Assembly (NCBI GenBank): GCA_965198115.1
Contig: OZ240241.1
Coordinates: 7,552,001 to 7,616,000 of the forward strand
Length of the DNA stretch: 64,000 nucleotides
Source: Candidatus Latescibacterota bacterium
Lineage (GTDB): Bacteria; Latescibacterota; UBA2968
Reading direction: 5' to 3'
Part shown: piece after piece, positions 10,641 to 23,998 of the stretch
Layout of the letters: the number at the start of each line of letters is the position of its first letter
How positions within the stretch are numbered: position 1 is the stretch's first letter
Made by a program: the position numbers and the translations under genes
Notes under the pieces: model-generated
Told to the model about the DNA's origin: nothing
Databases searched by the model: none
Seen by the model: the letters and a program-made list of their open reading frames with translations, nothing else

Positions 10641-11356
10641 GAGAGGCCGGCTTCTTCTTTCAGCCTGGCTTTTCGCTGTTCGAGCGTGTGTTCCTGATTC
10701 TTTTTTTGGTAGGCGAGGTTGACGTCCTGAAAGAAGCTTCTGAAGGGCACCAAGACGTCTTGCTGCAGGTCATCGCGCGCTTTGCGGATGGCCATCCGTC
10801 CGTTGGCGGTGTTGAGATCGCCGTATTGATTGACGTGGAGACTCGCCTGCTGCCCCTGGTCGCTCTGCCACCACTTCAGCAACGATTCGCAGGCATCCCG
10901 AAGGGTCTTTGTTGTGGCCAGGTCCAACTCTTCGAGTGTCGATGACACGATGTCAAGCGCCCGCTGCTCATCTTCGGGAGACGCCTCGATCTCCAGGTTG
11001 CCGAGGGGACTCCCGGCGATCACCTCACCGTCTTTCGTGTCTCCGTCTGGTGCTTCGGAGGGTTCGGCCTTTTGGAGGTTCGACACCGTGAGGTTACACT
11101 CTTTGACCAGGAGCGCATAGCCGGTCAGGGCGGAGTCGTAAATGCGGGTCATGAGCTTCCCCGCTTTGCTCGATGGGTTTAGTCTGTTGCGAGTCTCACG
11201 GACTTGCTCCAGGCTCGAGCGTGCCGACCCAGCCAGCTTTTCTATGTCTGGCACTTTATCTGGGCCGAGGAACTTCAACCGCCGACGTAGGAAATCTTCG
11301 GCAGCCTCCCGTTCCTCCTGGCTCAGAATGAGGAGCAGTTCTTGAGGGTTTTTCAT
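10637..11356 (-). CDS. Hypothetical alpha-helical protein
   Basis: Open frame from ATG 11356 (MKNPQELL), 4-nt overlap with thiT start. Confidence 0.65.
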   Translation of the reverse strand: MKNPQELLLILSQEEREAAEDFLRRRLKFLGPDKVPDIEKLAGSARSSLEQVRETRNRLNPSSKAGKLMTRIYDSALTGYALLVKECNLTVSNLQKAEPSEAPDGDTKDGEVIAGSPLGNLEIEASPEDEQRALDIVSSTLEELDLATTKTLRDACESLLKWWQSDQGQQASLHVNQYGDLNTANGRMAIRKARDDLQQDVLVPFRSFFQDVNLAYQKKNQEHTLEQRKARLKEEAGLS

Positions 11357-11434
11357 AGAAATGGACCTGGACGTGAGGTATAGGAATACAGCGTAAATAT
11401 ATGCAAATAAAGCGGATTTCCAACTGGGGATGCC

Positions 11435-12689
11435 GTGGCTGAAGAAAACGGATCGGAAACCAACGGCACCATTTTGGTCGCGCAATGTGAGCCACAGGAC
11501 CAGCATTTCGCGACGACGCTGCTCAGCACCGTCGGAAAATATTCGATCGTCGAGGCCAACTCTTCGACAGGGGTGATCCGGGGGCTGGTCGAGGGGCCGG
11601 ACCTGATCCTGGCCGATCCGCTCATCCCGGGAGACTTTCTTAGGATCGTCGAACTCATGCGACGCATGCCCAAGCTCAATCACGTGGCCATCGTGGCGTT
11701 GAGCGGCGGCCTGAGCCAGGTGGCCCGGTGTTCGGGGAAGGGTTTCAATGGTTTCATCGAGAAACCCTTCAAACCCGATACCTTCCTGTCGCAGATCTGG
11801 AGGATCCTCGACGCGCAGCCGCCCGCACCCGGCGACGGTAGTCCGGCTGAGCTGAACGTCGAGATCGACAAGATCGAGGGACTACCGACTCTTCCAACCG
11901 TCTACGCGCAGGTCGAGGAGCTGTGTGCCGATCCCGACGTCAATGCTGAAAAACTGGCGAAGGTGATCGAATCCGACCCGTCGATCACGATGACTTCTCA
12001 AGTTGTCCAACTCGGCGTTCTTCGGGTTCTCGCGAGAAATCAGGTCGATCGTGGATGCCGTTTCGCTGCTCGGGAACGAGACCGTAAAGAACGCCGTGCT
12101 GAGTATCTCCGTGTTCGAGGCTACGATGGATATGGAGACGTCGGCCGGTCTGGATATGAAGTCTTTCTGGCAGCATTCGACCGCGGTCGGCTCGGTCGTC
12201 CGGTTCGTGGCACATAAGATGAAGATTCAAAGGGAAGACAGCTTTACGGCGGGAATTCTACACGACATCGGTAAGGTCATTCTGGACTCCCTGTTCTCGG
12301 ACGTATATAAGAATGTGCTGGAGGCGGTAGAAGGACAGAAGATCTCGATTCTGGAGGCGGAAGAGCGGGGCATCGGACTCACGCACGCGAAACTGGGCCA
12401 GGAGTTGGCAGAGAATTGGGGGATCCCTGGGGGGCTGGCTCAGGCCATCCTGAGTCACCATCGACCCAAATCCGCCGACTCCGATGCCGAACTGGCCAGC
12501 CTCGTGCACATCGGCGACGCGTGTGCGCGCAATCTGGGATTCGGATCGGGTGGAGATCCCTACGTGCCATCGATCGACGCCTTCGCTTTCTCACACCTGG
12601 AGGTGAGTGGGAGCAACCTGATCGAATGGGAAGAAGAAATGAAGCAGGTCGTCGAGAAAGACATGGCATTCCTCTCCGCCATCGGGTAG
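11435..12689 (+). CDS. Receiver-like + HDOD domain signalling protein (frameshift near 11990)
   Basis: GFIEKPF receiver end; LPTLPTVY, VIESDPSIT, NSAFFGFSREI, FWQHS, AGILHDIGK, ILSHH. Confidence 0.85.
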
Positions 12690-12694
12690 AACAG

Positions 12695-12733
12695 GAAAGG
12701 CCGTCATCCTTCAAGGACGACGGCCTTTCATTT
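12695..12733. terminator. Intrinsic terminator between convergent genes
   Basis: GAAAGGCCGTC-ATCCTTCAAGGAC-GACGGCCTTTC followed by ATTT. Confidence 0.75.
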
Positions 12734-12758
12734 CATACTCTCTGCTCTCTGTGCGACG

Positions 12759-13031
12759 CTATTTGTGCGCAGCCTCCCAAATCGGCTGGATTTTCTCGAT
12801 CAATTCTTCGTCGGTGGCCGACGATCGGACGATGTCAGTGAACTCATCGGCCGATATGCCCAGTTCCTCCAGGAACCTTTTGTCGGCTCCTCACGGATAA
12901 ATGTAATCACCGATCGTTCCCCGTAGAAACGCGCGTGCCTTGTCGGCGATTCTGGGTAACCAGGGAACACCGCCCATGATGAGTGGCCGACTGCGCGGTC
13001 GAAAGTCCACAGACTCACTCAAGCTGTCCAC
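12759..13031 (-). CDS. DUF5069-like small protein with in-frame UGA at codon 47; putative selenoprotein, not in the ORF track
   Basis: MDSLSESVDFRPRSRPLIMGGVPWLPRIADKARAFLRGTIGDYIYP(U)GADKRFLEELGISADEFTDIVRSSATDEELIEKIQPIWEAAHK; family resemblance continues on both sides of TGA 12893-12891; RBS GGGGTG. Confidence 0.8.
12850..12890 (-). promoter_or_regulatory. Bacterial SECIS-like hairpin immediately 3' of the UGA
   Basis: GCCGA/UCGGC lower stem, GGUUCC/GGAACU upper stem, UGGA apical loop starting 19 nt after UGA. Confidence 0.65.
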
Positions 13032-13076
13032 GTGTGCATCACCCCGCTTTCCTGTTAATTCGTCGATTCCCAGAAG

Positions 13077-13104
13077 AATCTAAGCCCTTTGTGGGGCGTG
13101 TCAA
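13077..13104 (-). promoter_or_regulatory. sigma70-type promoter for the DUF5069-like gene
   Basis: TTGACA-16 nt-TAGATT on the minus strand. Confidence 0.55.
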
Positions 13105-13178
13105 CCGCTCCCCCCGCTCTATCACGTTTACGTGTTGTGCCCCGTGTGTCTCCGCCCTGTGATGCGACCCTTCCGCGT

Positions 13179-13781
13179 TCATTCGGCGGTGAAGGTCGTC
13201 AGTGTCGTCTCCCCATAGGCTTTGCTGCGCGTCTGTGTGAATCCCTCGTGACTCGTGGGGAGAACCAACGAACCGTGGTGCTGGACGAGGATGCGTGTGT
13301 GCGAGACGCAAAGGGGAGAGGCAACGAGCGCTTCGAGTGCGGCCACGGCTAGGGGCACGCCCCGCGACTGCTCGTGGTAGGGCGGGTCGAGATAGGCGAC
13401 GTCTACGGCGCTCTCGAACGGGGGCGAGGAAAGGAACGCGAACCCGTTCTGACGGCTCAGCCGCACCCGCTCGGTGATGTTCCATTCATCGATCAAGTTT
13501 TTGACGAACGCGTAGCGCCGCCCGTCACGTTCGTTCATGACGACGTCGGCACCGCGGCTCCACGCCTCGAGCCCCATCTGACCTGACCCTGCGAACAGGT
13601 CGAGGAACAGCTTGCCCTCGAGGGCGGGCCCGAGCGTGGCGAAGGCCGCTTCCTTCACGAAGTCGGACGTGACCCGCGCGTTGCCGTATCGCTTGTTGTT
13701 GAAAGGGATTCTGCGACCCCGCAGACTGCCCGACACGATCCTCAAGGTTTCCTCGTCCGATCCAAGATTCTCCCTTTCCAA
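13179..13781 (-). CDS. rsmD: 16S rRNA m2G966 methyltransferase RsmD family
   Basis: LRIVSGSLRGRRI, FLDLFAGSGQMGLEAWSRGA, YLDPPY, KAYGETTL; exact start uncertain. Confidence 0.88.
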   Translation of the reverse strand: MERENLGSDEETLRIVSGSLRGRRIPFNNKRYGNARVTSDFVKEAAFATLGPALEGKLFLDLFAGSGQMGLEAWSRGADVVMNERDGRRYAFVKNLIDEWNITERVRLSRQNGFAFLSSPPFESAVDVAYLDPPYHEQSRGVPLAVAALEALVASPLCVSHTRILVQHHGSLVLPTSHEGFTQTRSKAYGETTLTTFTAE

Positions 13782-13801
13782 CCTGTGGCCTGGGAATGGC
13801 T

Positions 13802-13936
13802 GCGGAGTATTGCCGAGTCACTTCCCCGACTAGGGCCACCATCCTCGGGCTGAGGCACATCTGTGTCCATCGGTGTTCATCTGCCTGCCCTGAGTAAGCG
13901 ACCGCTGTACCGAAGGGTGGTTCCTGCCTCTTCCGC
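13802..13936 (-). ncRNA. Candidate structured RNA (about 135-nt irregular rod) upstream of rsmD
   Basis: End-to-end pairing with many G-U pairs on the minus strand; TTGACG-17-TATCGT at 13971-13943. Confidence 0.35.
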
Positions 13937-13983
13937 TCTGATACGATATCCGCCCGACTCGCCGCCGTCAACGGGCGAGAACG

Positions 13984-14013
13984 TTGACTCCGGAGCGAAC
14001 ATTCGCCTACAAT
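13984..14013 (+). promoter_or_regulatory. sigma70-type promoter
   Basis: TTGACT-18 nt-TACAAT upstream of the 14042 CDS. Confidence 0.5.
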
Positions 14014-14041
14014 CGGACCGAACCCTTCACTCGAGGAATGC

Positions 14042-15337
14042 GTGCTTCGATTTCTTCTCCTGAGTCTTCTCCTGCTAACTCGCAATGCCGAAGCCGTCGA
14101 TCTGACGATGGACGGTCTCGTCGGTGCCGTGTCCGTCGACGAGGGCGTCTGGCAACGCATCGATCTGCGGCCGCGTTTACGCTACAAAGCACTCGAGGCG
14201 TCGATCGATCTGGAGCTGTTCATCGACGGGGAGGGCCGGATTCGGGATCGGGGTTGGGACTTCTCGAGCCGACGCAAAGGGCTCGAAAGCATCCTGCGAA
14301 AGATCCACTATGTGCGATACGGACGCCCCGAGGAGCGGGGGCGCCGGGTCTACTTCCGAGTAGGTGCTTTGGAGCGTCTGACGCTGGGGAACGGACTGAT
14401 CGTACGCGATTATCGAAATACGTTCGGTCGTCCCGGTCTCAAACGGACCGGGATCGACCTTCAGGTGCGCGGCTTTCTGTGGGAGTCACTGGCCATTCGG
14501 GGTTTCGTGAATGACGCGGTGGATCTGCTCGATCGTGGATCTCCTCTGGTCGGGGGAAGGGCCACGGCTGCTTCGTGGGGCGGACTGGAGGTCGGTGCGA
14601 CGCTGGCGATCGATCTGGACCAGCTGTCCGCGTTGCCCGATTCCGTGCGCGCGGGCAGGGGCGATGATGCTTACGGGGCCTACGGGATCGACGCGACCTA
14701 CCCCTTGCTGCAGAGACGGGGAATGTTCCTGAGCGTCTACGGGGGCGTGGCGAGGCCCGTCGCAACCGCCCGGAAGGGCACGGGTTTCCACGGGCCGGGA
14801 CTGCGACTCGTGGCCGGCCGCTTCTCCGCGCGAGCCGAGGCGAGATTCGTTCGCGGGGCGTTCGAGCCCGATCACTTCGATGGCCTGTATGAACAGAACC
14901 GGGTCCAGGTTTTCGACGACGGGACCCTGGTGACGCGTGAGGCGGGGGTTGCCGATGTCGACTTGAACGGGCTGCTGGGGCATATCCAGGTGAGGGAGGT
15001 GGGTATGTTCGGAGGTGAAGTGACGTACCAGCACCTACTCGGGAACGGTTCCGACGACCGGTTTTTGCGAGCCGTTCTGACGATCACGCCGGGATTTCTA
15101 GGCCCTTTGAAGCACGTCTCGCTGTCAGAAGCCTACCTCGAGAAACGGGATCGCGCCGGAACGGCGGCGGGCTTTTTCGAACTCAACGAAGACACGCGGT
15201 TCGGGTATCGCGTGGGTCTCCGTCCCGCGGGACGGGTGTCGGTCGTTTGGACCATGGAATTCTCCTACGACCCCGATGGCGCTGGGGGATTCGAGAGACG
15301 CAGAACGCTGAGTCTGCAGACCGTGTTCGGCCTCTAA
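14042..15337 (+). CDS. Exported hypothetical protein, probable outer-membrane beta-barrel
   Basis: Signal peptide, alternating beta-strand pattern, C-terminal LSLQTVFGL. Confidence 0.7.
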   Translation: MLRFLLLSLLLLTRNAEAVDLTMDGLVGAVSVDEGVWQRIDLRPRLRYKALEASIDLELFIDGEGRIRDRGWDFSSRRKGLESILRKIHYVRYGRPEERGRRVYFRVGALERLTLGNGLIVRDYRNTFGRPGLKRTGIDLQVRGFLWESLAIRGFVNDAVDLLDRGSPLVGGRATAASWGGLEVGATLAIDLDQLSALPDSVRAGRGDDAYGAYGIDATYPLLQRRGMFLSVYGGVARPVATARKGTGFHGPGLRLVAGRFSARAEARFVRGAFEPDHFDGLYEQNRVQVFDDGTLVTREAGVADVDLNGLLGHIQVREVGMFGGEVTYQHLLGNGSDDRFLRAVLTITPGFLGPLKHVSLSEAYLEKRDRAGTAAGFFELNEDTRFGYRVGLRPAGRVSVVWTMEFSYDPDGAGGFERRRTLSLQTVFGL

Positions 15338-15349
15338 CCGCGACACGAC

Positions 15350-15393
15350 AAAATGAAAGGGACCGCGCCCAACGGACGCGATCCCTTCGTTTC
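15350..15393. terminator. Bidirectional intrinsic terminator
   Basis: GAAAGGGACCGCGCCCAACGGACGCGATCCCTTC with T/A tracts on both sides, between convergent genes. Confidence 0.65.
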
Positions 15394-15484
15394 TGTCAAC
15401 CCACGGTGCAAAAGCAGTCAGGGTTAGCTCCTGCAGACCCAATGAGTGACTATTTCTGAACCGTGAACACCGAACACCCGTAGT

Positions 15485-16618
15485 TCAAGTCGGCGGAGCC
15501 GTCTCCTCTGTGGCTTCGGCCGAAGCGGGTGTCTGCACGAGGGGCAAGATGAACGAGAACGTGCTCCCCCCACCCTCCTTGCTTTCGACCCAAATTCTGC
15601 CACCGTGCACTTCGACGGCCATCTTGCAGAACGTGAGACCCAGACCTGTTCCGCTCCGCCGCCTGCGGTCGACCTGGCCGAATTTTTCGAAGATCCGATC
15701 GAGATAGTCTTCGGGAATCCCATGGCCGTTGTCGATGACGTCGATCTGCAGCACCTCGTCGAGTCGACTGCACTTCAACGTGATCGTGCCGCCGCGTCCG
15801 GTGTGTTTGACCGCGTTGAGCATGAGATTGGAAATGACGCGATAGATGAGTTCGCGGTCGGCGGGCACGGGCGGCAAACCGTCTTCGAGATCGAGCCGGA
15901 CGTTCTTGCCTTCGGCCGCCGCCGGCGCATCGACTTCGTCCACGACCGTCTGTCCCAATTCGGAAAAATCCATCTCTTCCCGGTTCAGATTGAGCTTACC
16001 CTCTTCCATTCTGGAAATGTCGAGCAGGTCCTGAATCATGCTGTGGAGCAGGTCGGAACTCCGCTGTGCCGCTTCCAGACACTCTCTCGTGTCGGTCAAT
16101 GCGTCCATACCCACGATCTCGAGGTTGGCCTTGATCCCGGTCAGAGGGTTTTTGAGATCGTGTATGATCATCTGCGTCAGGTGCTCTTTCGTATCCTGGA
16201 GCTCCTGTAAGTCGCGATAACTTCGATCCAGGTCGTCGTGCAGTCGCTTGACTCTGACGAGAGATCTGATCCGTGTGAGCAACTCGAGTTTGACGATGGG
16301 CTTGGTGAGGAAGTCGTCGGCACCGGCTTCGATGCTCTTGATCTTGTCGTCGAGATCCTTCAGGGCCGTGACCATGACGATCGGGATGAAACGGGTCTCC
16401 TCGTCGCTCTTGAGCTTTTGGCAGACCTCGTAGCCATCCATCCTGGGCATCATCACGTCAAGCAGCACGATGTCCGGCGTGGATTCCTCCACCCGTTCCA
16501 GTGCTTCGACGCCGTCGAACGCGGTGGCTACCTCGTAGCCTTCGGGTAGCAGATAGGCCTCCAGCAGTTCGACATTCTGGGGGTGATCGTCAACGACGAG
16601 AATTTTGGCGGGTTCCAT
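15485..16618 (-). CDS. Hybrid receiver-histidine kinase
   Basis: ILVVDD...LLDVMMP receiver; HDLKNPL H-box; NAVKH, DNGHGI, GTGLGL boxes. Confidence 0.93.
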   Translation of the reverse strand: MEPAKILVVDDHPQNVELLEAYLLPEGYEVATAFDGVEALERVEESTPDIVLLDVMMPRMDGYEVCQKLKSDEETRFIPIVMVTALKDLDDKIKSIEAGADDFLTKPIVKLELLTRIRSLVRVKRLHDDLDRSYRDLQELQDTKEHLTQMIIHDLKNPLTGIKANLEIVGMDALTDTRECLEAAQRSSDLLHSMIQDLLDISRMEEGKLNLNREEMDFSELGQTVVDEVDAPAAAEGKNVRLDLEDGLPPVPADRELIYRVISNLMLNAVKHTGRGGTITLKCSRLDEVLQIDVIDNGHGIPEDYLDRIFEKFGQVDRRRRSGTGLGLTFCKMAVEVHGGRIWVESKEGGGSTFSFILPLVQTPASAEATEETAPPT

Positions 16619-17021
16619 GGTCAGCTCGTTGCGTCAGCTCGTGGTGTTGGGCCGGGCGTCCAGGTATTCGCACGGTCTTCGGGACGGCGCGCGTGTCGAT
16701 GGGTTTTGAAATGTAGCCATCGCAGCCGGCCTCTTTGGCTTTTTCTTCGTCGCCCCTCATGGCGTGAGCCGTGAGCGCGATGATGGGCAGGTTCTCGAAT
16801 CCGGGTCTCTCTTTGATCATACCCGTGATCGTGAGTCCGTCGAGGCCCGGGAGCTGGATATCCATGAGGATAAGATCCGGTTTTTCCTCCTCCACCATCT
16901 TGAGGGCGTCGGACCCTGAAATCGCGGATTGAACACGGTAGCCGTGCGCTTCGAGGATGTCGCTGATCAGCTCCAGATTGAGCGGATTGTCCTCGACGAT
17001 CAGGACGGTTTCACCTGACAT
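16590..17021 (-). CDS. Single-domain response regulator (DivK-like); 3' end probably frameshifted
   Basis: LIVEDN, LMDIQLPGLDG, IALTAHAMRGD, YISKPID. Confidence 0.9.
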   Translation of the reverse strand: MSGETVLIVEDNPLNLELISDILEAHGYRVQSAISGSDALKMVEEEKPDLILMDIQLPGLDGLTITGMIKERPGFENLPIIALTAHAMRGDEEKAKEAGCDGYISKPIDTRAVPKTVRIPGRPAQHHELTQRADHGTRQNSRR

Positions 17022-19483
17022 CGCTGGCCACGATCGGAATAGGACACTGGTTTTTCATAGACTTAGCGAGCCCCCGTTCATCGAGGACGGCCGCGATATG
17101 GCGCTGGAGTCGCGTATGTTCGGGGTGGTCAGGGTCGATCGCGAGCGCCCGCTTGAGCGTCTCCCACGCTCTTTCGACGTTTCCTGTCCCCATCCAGGCG
17201 GCGGCCAGACCGAGCCAGATTTCTGGGTCCCCCGCGTTCAGACGTGCGGCTCGACCGAATGCCGCGGTTGAGCCACCGTAGTCCTTCTGTCTCAGGAGCA
17301 GCGCCCCGAGGTTTCGGTGGGCCATGTGCAGCTGCCCATCGAGCTGGATCGCTCGCACGTAGCGGGCGCGCGCACTGTCCGGCTTTCCGTGGTGTAAGGC
17401 TTCCAGCCCCAGTTCGAACAGTCGTCGGGCCGCAAACCCGCGCAGGAAGGTCTGTTCGCGGTCCGGGTCACGTCGTGTGAGCAGACGATAAAGGTAGTCT
17501 GTTCCGATGGTCTTGAGGCCCAGGTCGACGAGACCGACGGCGTCCCACCACGTAGGCCCCGCTGTGCCGACCTGCTCTCGCGAGGCGTCGTAGCGTCCGA
17601 GCTTGAGGTAGACTTCGGCGAGTAGCATTCGGGGAAGTGAGGCCCGGATGTCGGGCGATCACGTCCTCGAGGAGCTCGGCGGCTGCCGAGAGTCTTCCTC
17701 TCCGATAGTCCTTCGCGGCCTGGACGACCGCGCCATCGGGTCGAGTCGGGTCATCCAGGATCTCCGTTTTCCAGGCTTCGATCAACGACCGGTCGAACGT
17801 TGTCTTTCGGAAGAGGTCGACTGTCGGTCGGTCGAAGCCGGTGACGCTGGGTTCCGCATCCGATTCGTCGTAGTCGACTCCGAAGAATGTGGGCGCCCGT
17901 TCAACGCTGGCCAGATGGTCGAAACCCAGCTCCCCGGCATACAGCCGGTCGTAGAGTGAGGCGCCGAGTCTGTAGTGTGACCGGGCAGCCTGGTATTGAC
18001 GGGCCCGGTTTTCGCGAATCAGGATCCAGTGGTCGATGGGGTCGAGGGCCTCGCGAACGAGGTCGAGGACGTGAACGTCCAGGACGCCCCCGTGAGCACG
18101 TACGAACAGACTGCCCATGTCGGGTATGGCTCTCGATCCTTCCGGAACCATCCAGCGGGTCGGAAACCCTCCGGTCTCGGCGTAGACGACACTACCGTGA
18201 GGAATGCGCTTTTCGATCTCGCGACGGGCTTCGTAACGGACGTTCTCGGACGTGTAGATATCGGAGATGGCGAAGGCGGCCGGTGCAGTGAGGGCGAGGA
18301 GGAAGATGGCCGGAATCGCTCGGAGATGGACGTGCCAACCAGCCAGACGATGACCCAGCGCCGAGGCACACCACGCAGCGAAGAGAGAGAGTGCCGGAAG
18401 CATTGGCAGTGTGTATCGCACGGGTTTCGAGAACAGACCGCCGACGACGAGGAAGTAGGGCAAGACCCACGCGAGCAGGAACACGGCGTCCCACGTCCGC
18501 CGCCGAACCGCCCACATCAGACCGAGGATCGAGGCAGCAAAGACGGGAACCCCCTGAGCGGTCGGCAGAAGATCGGTCAGGTAGAACAGGTAGGGTGTGG
18601 TGCCGAAGTCGTAGAGCGTCCACATACGGATCTCTGTGCCGACGACGACATCGACGCTCGGTGCGAAGTCCCTCTGGTCGTCTCCCACGTAGAGCTCGCT
18701 CCTGTCGAGCAGGAGGAAGGGCGTCGAGGCGGTCGCGATGATCAACACGATGGCGGCGGTGAGGATCGACCGGGCACTGAAGAGCACGTTGACCCGGGTC
18801 AGGAACGACGAACAGGCCGAGCGAAGCGTGTCTGACGCAACGTAGAGATGCCTAACGACATAGGGAATGACGAGAAGCCCTGCGAGGAGACGATAGCCGG
18901 TCGCTGCGCCGACGGCCAGCCCACAGATGATGTAAGGTTGGATCGAGTCGCGTGGGAGTCTCAGAATGGCCAGCAGGCCGAGTGTCGTGAATAGCGTGAT
19001 CGAAACATCGACGGTGTAGTAATGGCACTGCTGAATGTGGCCGGGTGTCAGGGCCAGAATCGCCGCGGCTACCAGGCCCGTGCGTGTGTTGTCGAGTCGG
19101 GTAGCCAACAGGTAGACGGCCCAGATCGTGAGGACACCGGCCAGCCCCGAGACGGCCCTGGCTACGACGTGGGTCATTCGAAGATCGTCGTTCGCCGAAC
19201 CGTAGGGTGTATACTCCAGGACAGGCGACAGCGTCCTGTTGATCGACCAGAGGAGATAGGCGGGGAGGTGGCCGTAGGCGGTCGTGGTCTTGCGAACGTC
19301 CTCGCTCACCCATCTTGCGTTCGCGATCAGGGTGACTTCATCGGGGTGGAAGGGATGGAACTCGCCCGTTTCCGTCTCGGTTCCCCAATCGAGGCCGGTC
19401 AACCTCAGAACCCCACCCAGGAGCAGGATCGCTGCGAGCGCGATGTGGGTGCGACGCCAGTCTGCCGACGTGCGATCGGGCAT
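17011..19483 (-). CDS. GT-C (PMT_2/ArnT-like) membrane glycosyltransferase with C-terminal TPR; frameshift near 17630
   Basis: LRLTGLDWG..FHPDE, multiple TM segments, HYYTVD, RYTLP; TPR helices in the 17011-17628 piece. Confidence 0.8.
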
Positions 19484-20207
19484 CAGGTGGACCGGAAGTA
19501 GCGGGCGTGGATCCGGAGCAGTTCGTAGGGGGCTCGCAACACGTCCGAAGGACGGATTTTGGAGCCACCCACGTCATGCCAGATTTGCAGGGGGAGTTCG
19601 TAGACCTGCTCGGCGCGGGAGACTCCGCCGGCCGGGAGTGTGAGCCAACGCGCGAGAAGCTCGACGTCGAAAATCCAGCGACTCGCGAACGGTTCGGCCA
19701 GGATGGTGCGCAGCTCGTCGGAGACACGGAACAGTTTTGCCCCGCATTGCGTGTCGTAGACGGCACCGAGAGAATGGCCGAAGCGGCCGTGGCGAAGATG
19801 CGGCCGAGATAGTGTCGGACGTTGCTGCGACGAATGTCTCGGCCGAGCAGGTTGATGCGGGCGCCGAGAACGAGGTCGGTGTTCGGGTTCTGCGCGAGGA
19901 CGTCGATGAACCTCGGGATCTCGTCGAGAGGGGTCGCGAGGTCGGCATCCCAGTATCCGACGCGGGTCGCACCCGCGTCGATGGCTTCCAGCAGACCGGT
20001 TCTGACCGCTTCGGCCTTTCCCATGTTGCGCGGGATGTGAAGCAGACGATGCGGCCCCCCCTCGCACAGGCCTTCGACGATCTTTCGGGTTTCGTCGGTA
20101 CTGCCATCGTCGACGAACAGGCAGGAGACAGAAGCGGGCACGTCCTGGAAGGCGTTCACATCGAGGCGGTGAGCCTCGTTGTAGCAAGGGACGACGATGA
20201 CGGTCAT
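19483..20207 (-). CDS. GT2 dolichyl-phosphate glucosyltransferase-like enzyme; frameshift near 19765
   Basis: VVPCYNEA, FVDDGSTD, GKAEAVR, WDADLATP, YDTQCGAKLF, WIFDVE. Confidence 0.85.
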
Positions 20208-20971
20208 CCGGTCTCCCGTGGGAACTGGAGAACGGCGAACAGACTGACGCCTGTCTTGAACGGCGGGGTGTTGTATCGACGGCCCGTCGCTCGAAGCAGA
20301 TGACGCCCCTCCCCCTCGAAGATTTTCTGTAGGAGACCGTTCACGGGCAACGGAGGCAGCCAGAGATCCGTATCGGCGCCGCCGAGGGTGATTCCACGCC
20401 AGGCGGTGTAGGCGCGAAGAAACCGAACGAGCGGAAAGAGTCTCGAGTTGAAGTGTGTGAGAACCAGTTCGACGACGTTCAGGGCTGCCCACCGTTTTCT
20501 GAGACTCTCGGGGGTGTAGCGCCGGCGATGTCCGTGGCCCGTGTCGTGGGGGCTCCACGCCACATCGGCCGCGGGTACGGTGATGAAGACGTGTCCACCG
20601 GGGGAGAGCACGGAGGCCCAGCTCTGGAGGAAGTCGATGTCGTCGTCGATGTGCTCCAGGACGTCGGCCAGAAGGATTGCGTCGGCCCGCAATCCGGGTG
20701 TCTGGCGTGGGTGAGAGGCTTCGATGAAGCGGATGTCGGGGTAGGCGGACCGAGCGTAGCAGAGCGCGGCTCCGGATGCGTCGATTCCGGTGCAGTCGAA
20801 GCGAGACCCGAAGCGGGCGATGTTGGCACCGGTGCCACATCCGACGTCGACGAGGCGACCGCCTCTCGGAACGTGTGCCTCGATGGTCTCGGCGAGGATC
20901 CGACGGCGGGCAACGAACCACCAGTGATCCCGTTCGATTCGGTCGTGCAGTTCGAATTGGTCGGTTCGCAA
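20204..20971 (-). CDS. Class I SAM-dependent methyltransferase
   Basis: HWWFVARR, VDVGCGTG, DVLEH, GHRRRY. Confidence 0.88.
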   Translation of the reverse strand: MRTDQFELHDRIERDHWWFVARRRILAETIEAHVPRGGRLVDVGCGTGANIARFGSRFDCTGIDASGAALCYARSAYPDIRFIEASHPRQTPGLRADAILLADVLEHIDDDIDFLQSWASVLSPGGHVFITVPAADVAWSPHDTGHGHRRRYTPESLRKRWAALNVVELVLTHFNSRLFPLVRFLRAYTAWRGITLGGADTDLWLPPLPVNGLLQKIFEGEGRHLLRATGRRYNTPPFKTGVSLFAVLQFPRETG

Positions 20972-21000
20972 CCCTGGCTCGCGGCAGGTGTGAGAGGCGT

Positions 21001-23979
<2,979 letters not shown>

Positions 23980-23998
23980 GCTTCTGTATCCTTTGCGC

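Noticed and set aside
13802-13936. tRNA-Sec or SRP RNA near the selenoprotein candidate
   Set aside because: No cloverleaf, TCA anticodon arm or T-loop, and no SRP GGAA/AGCAG motif
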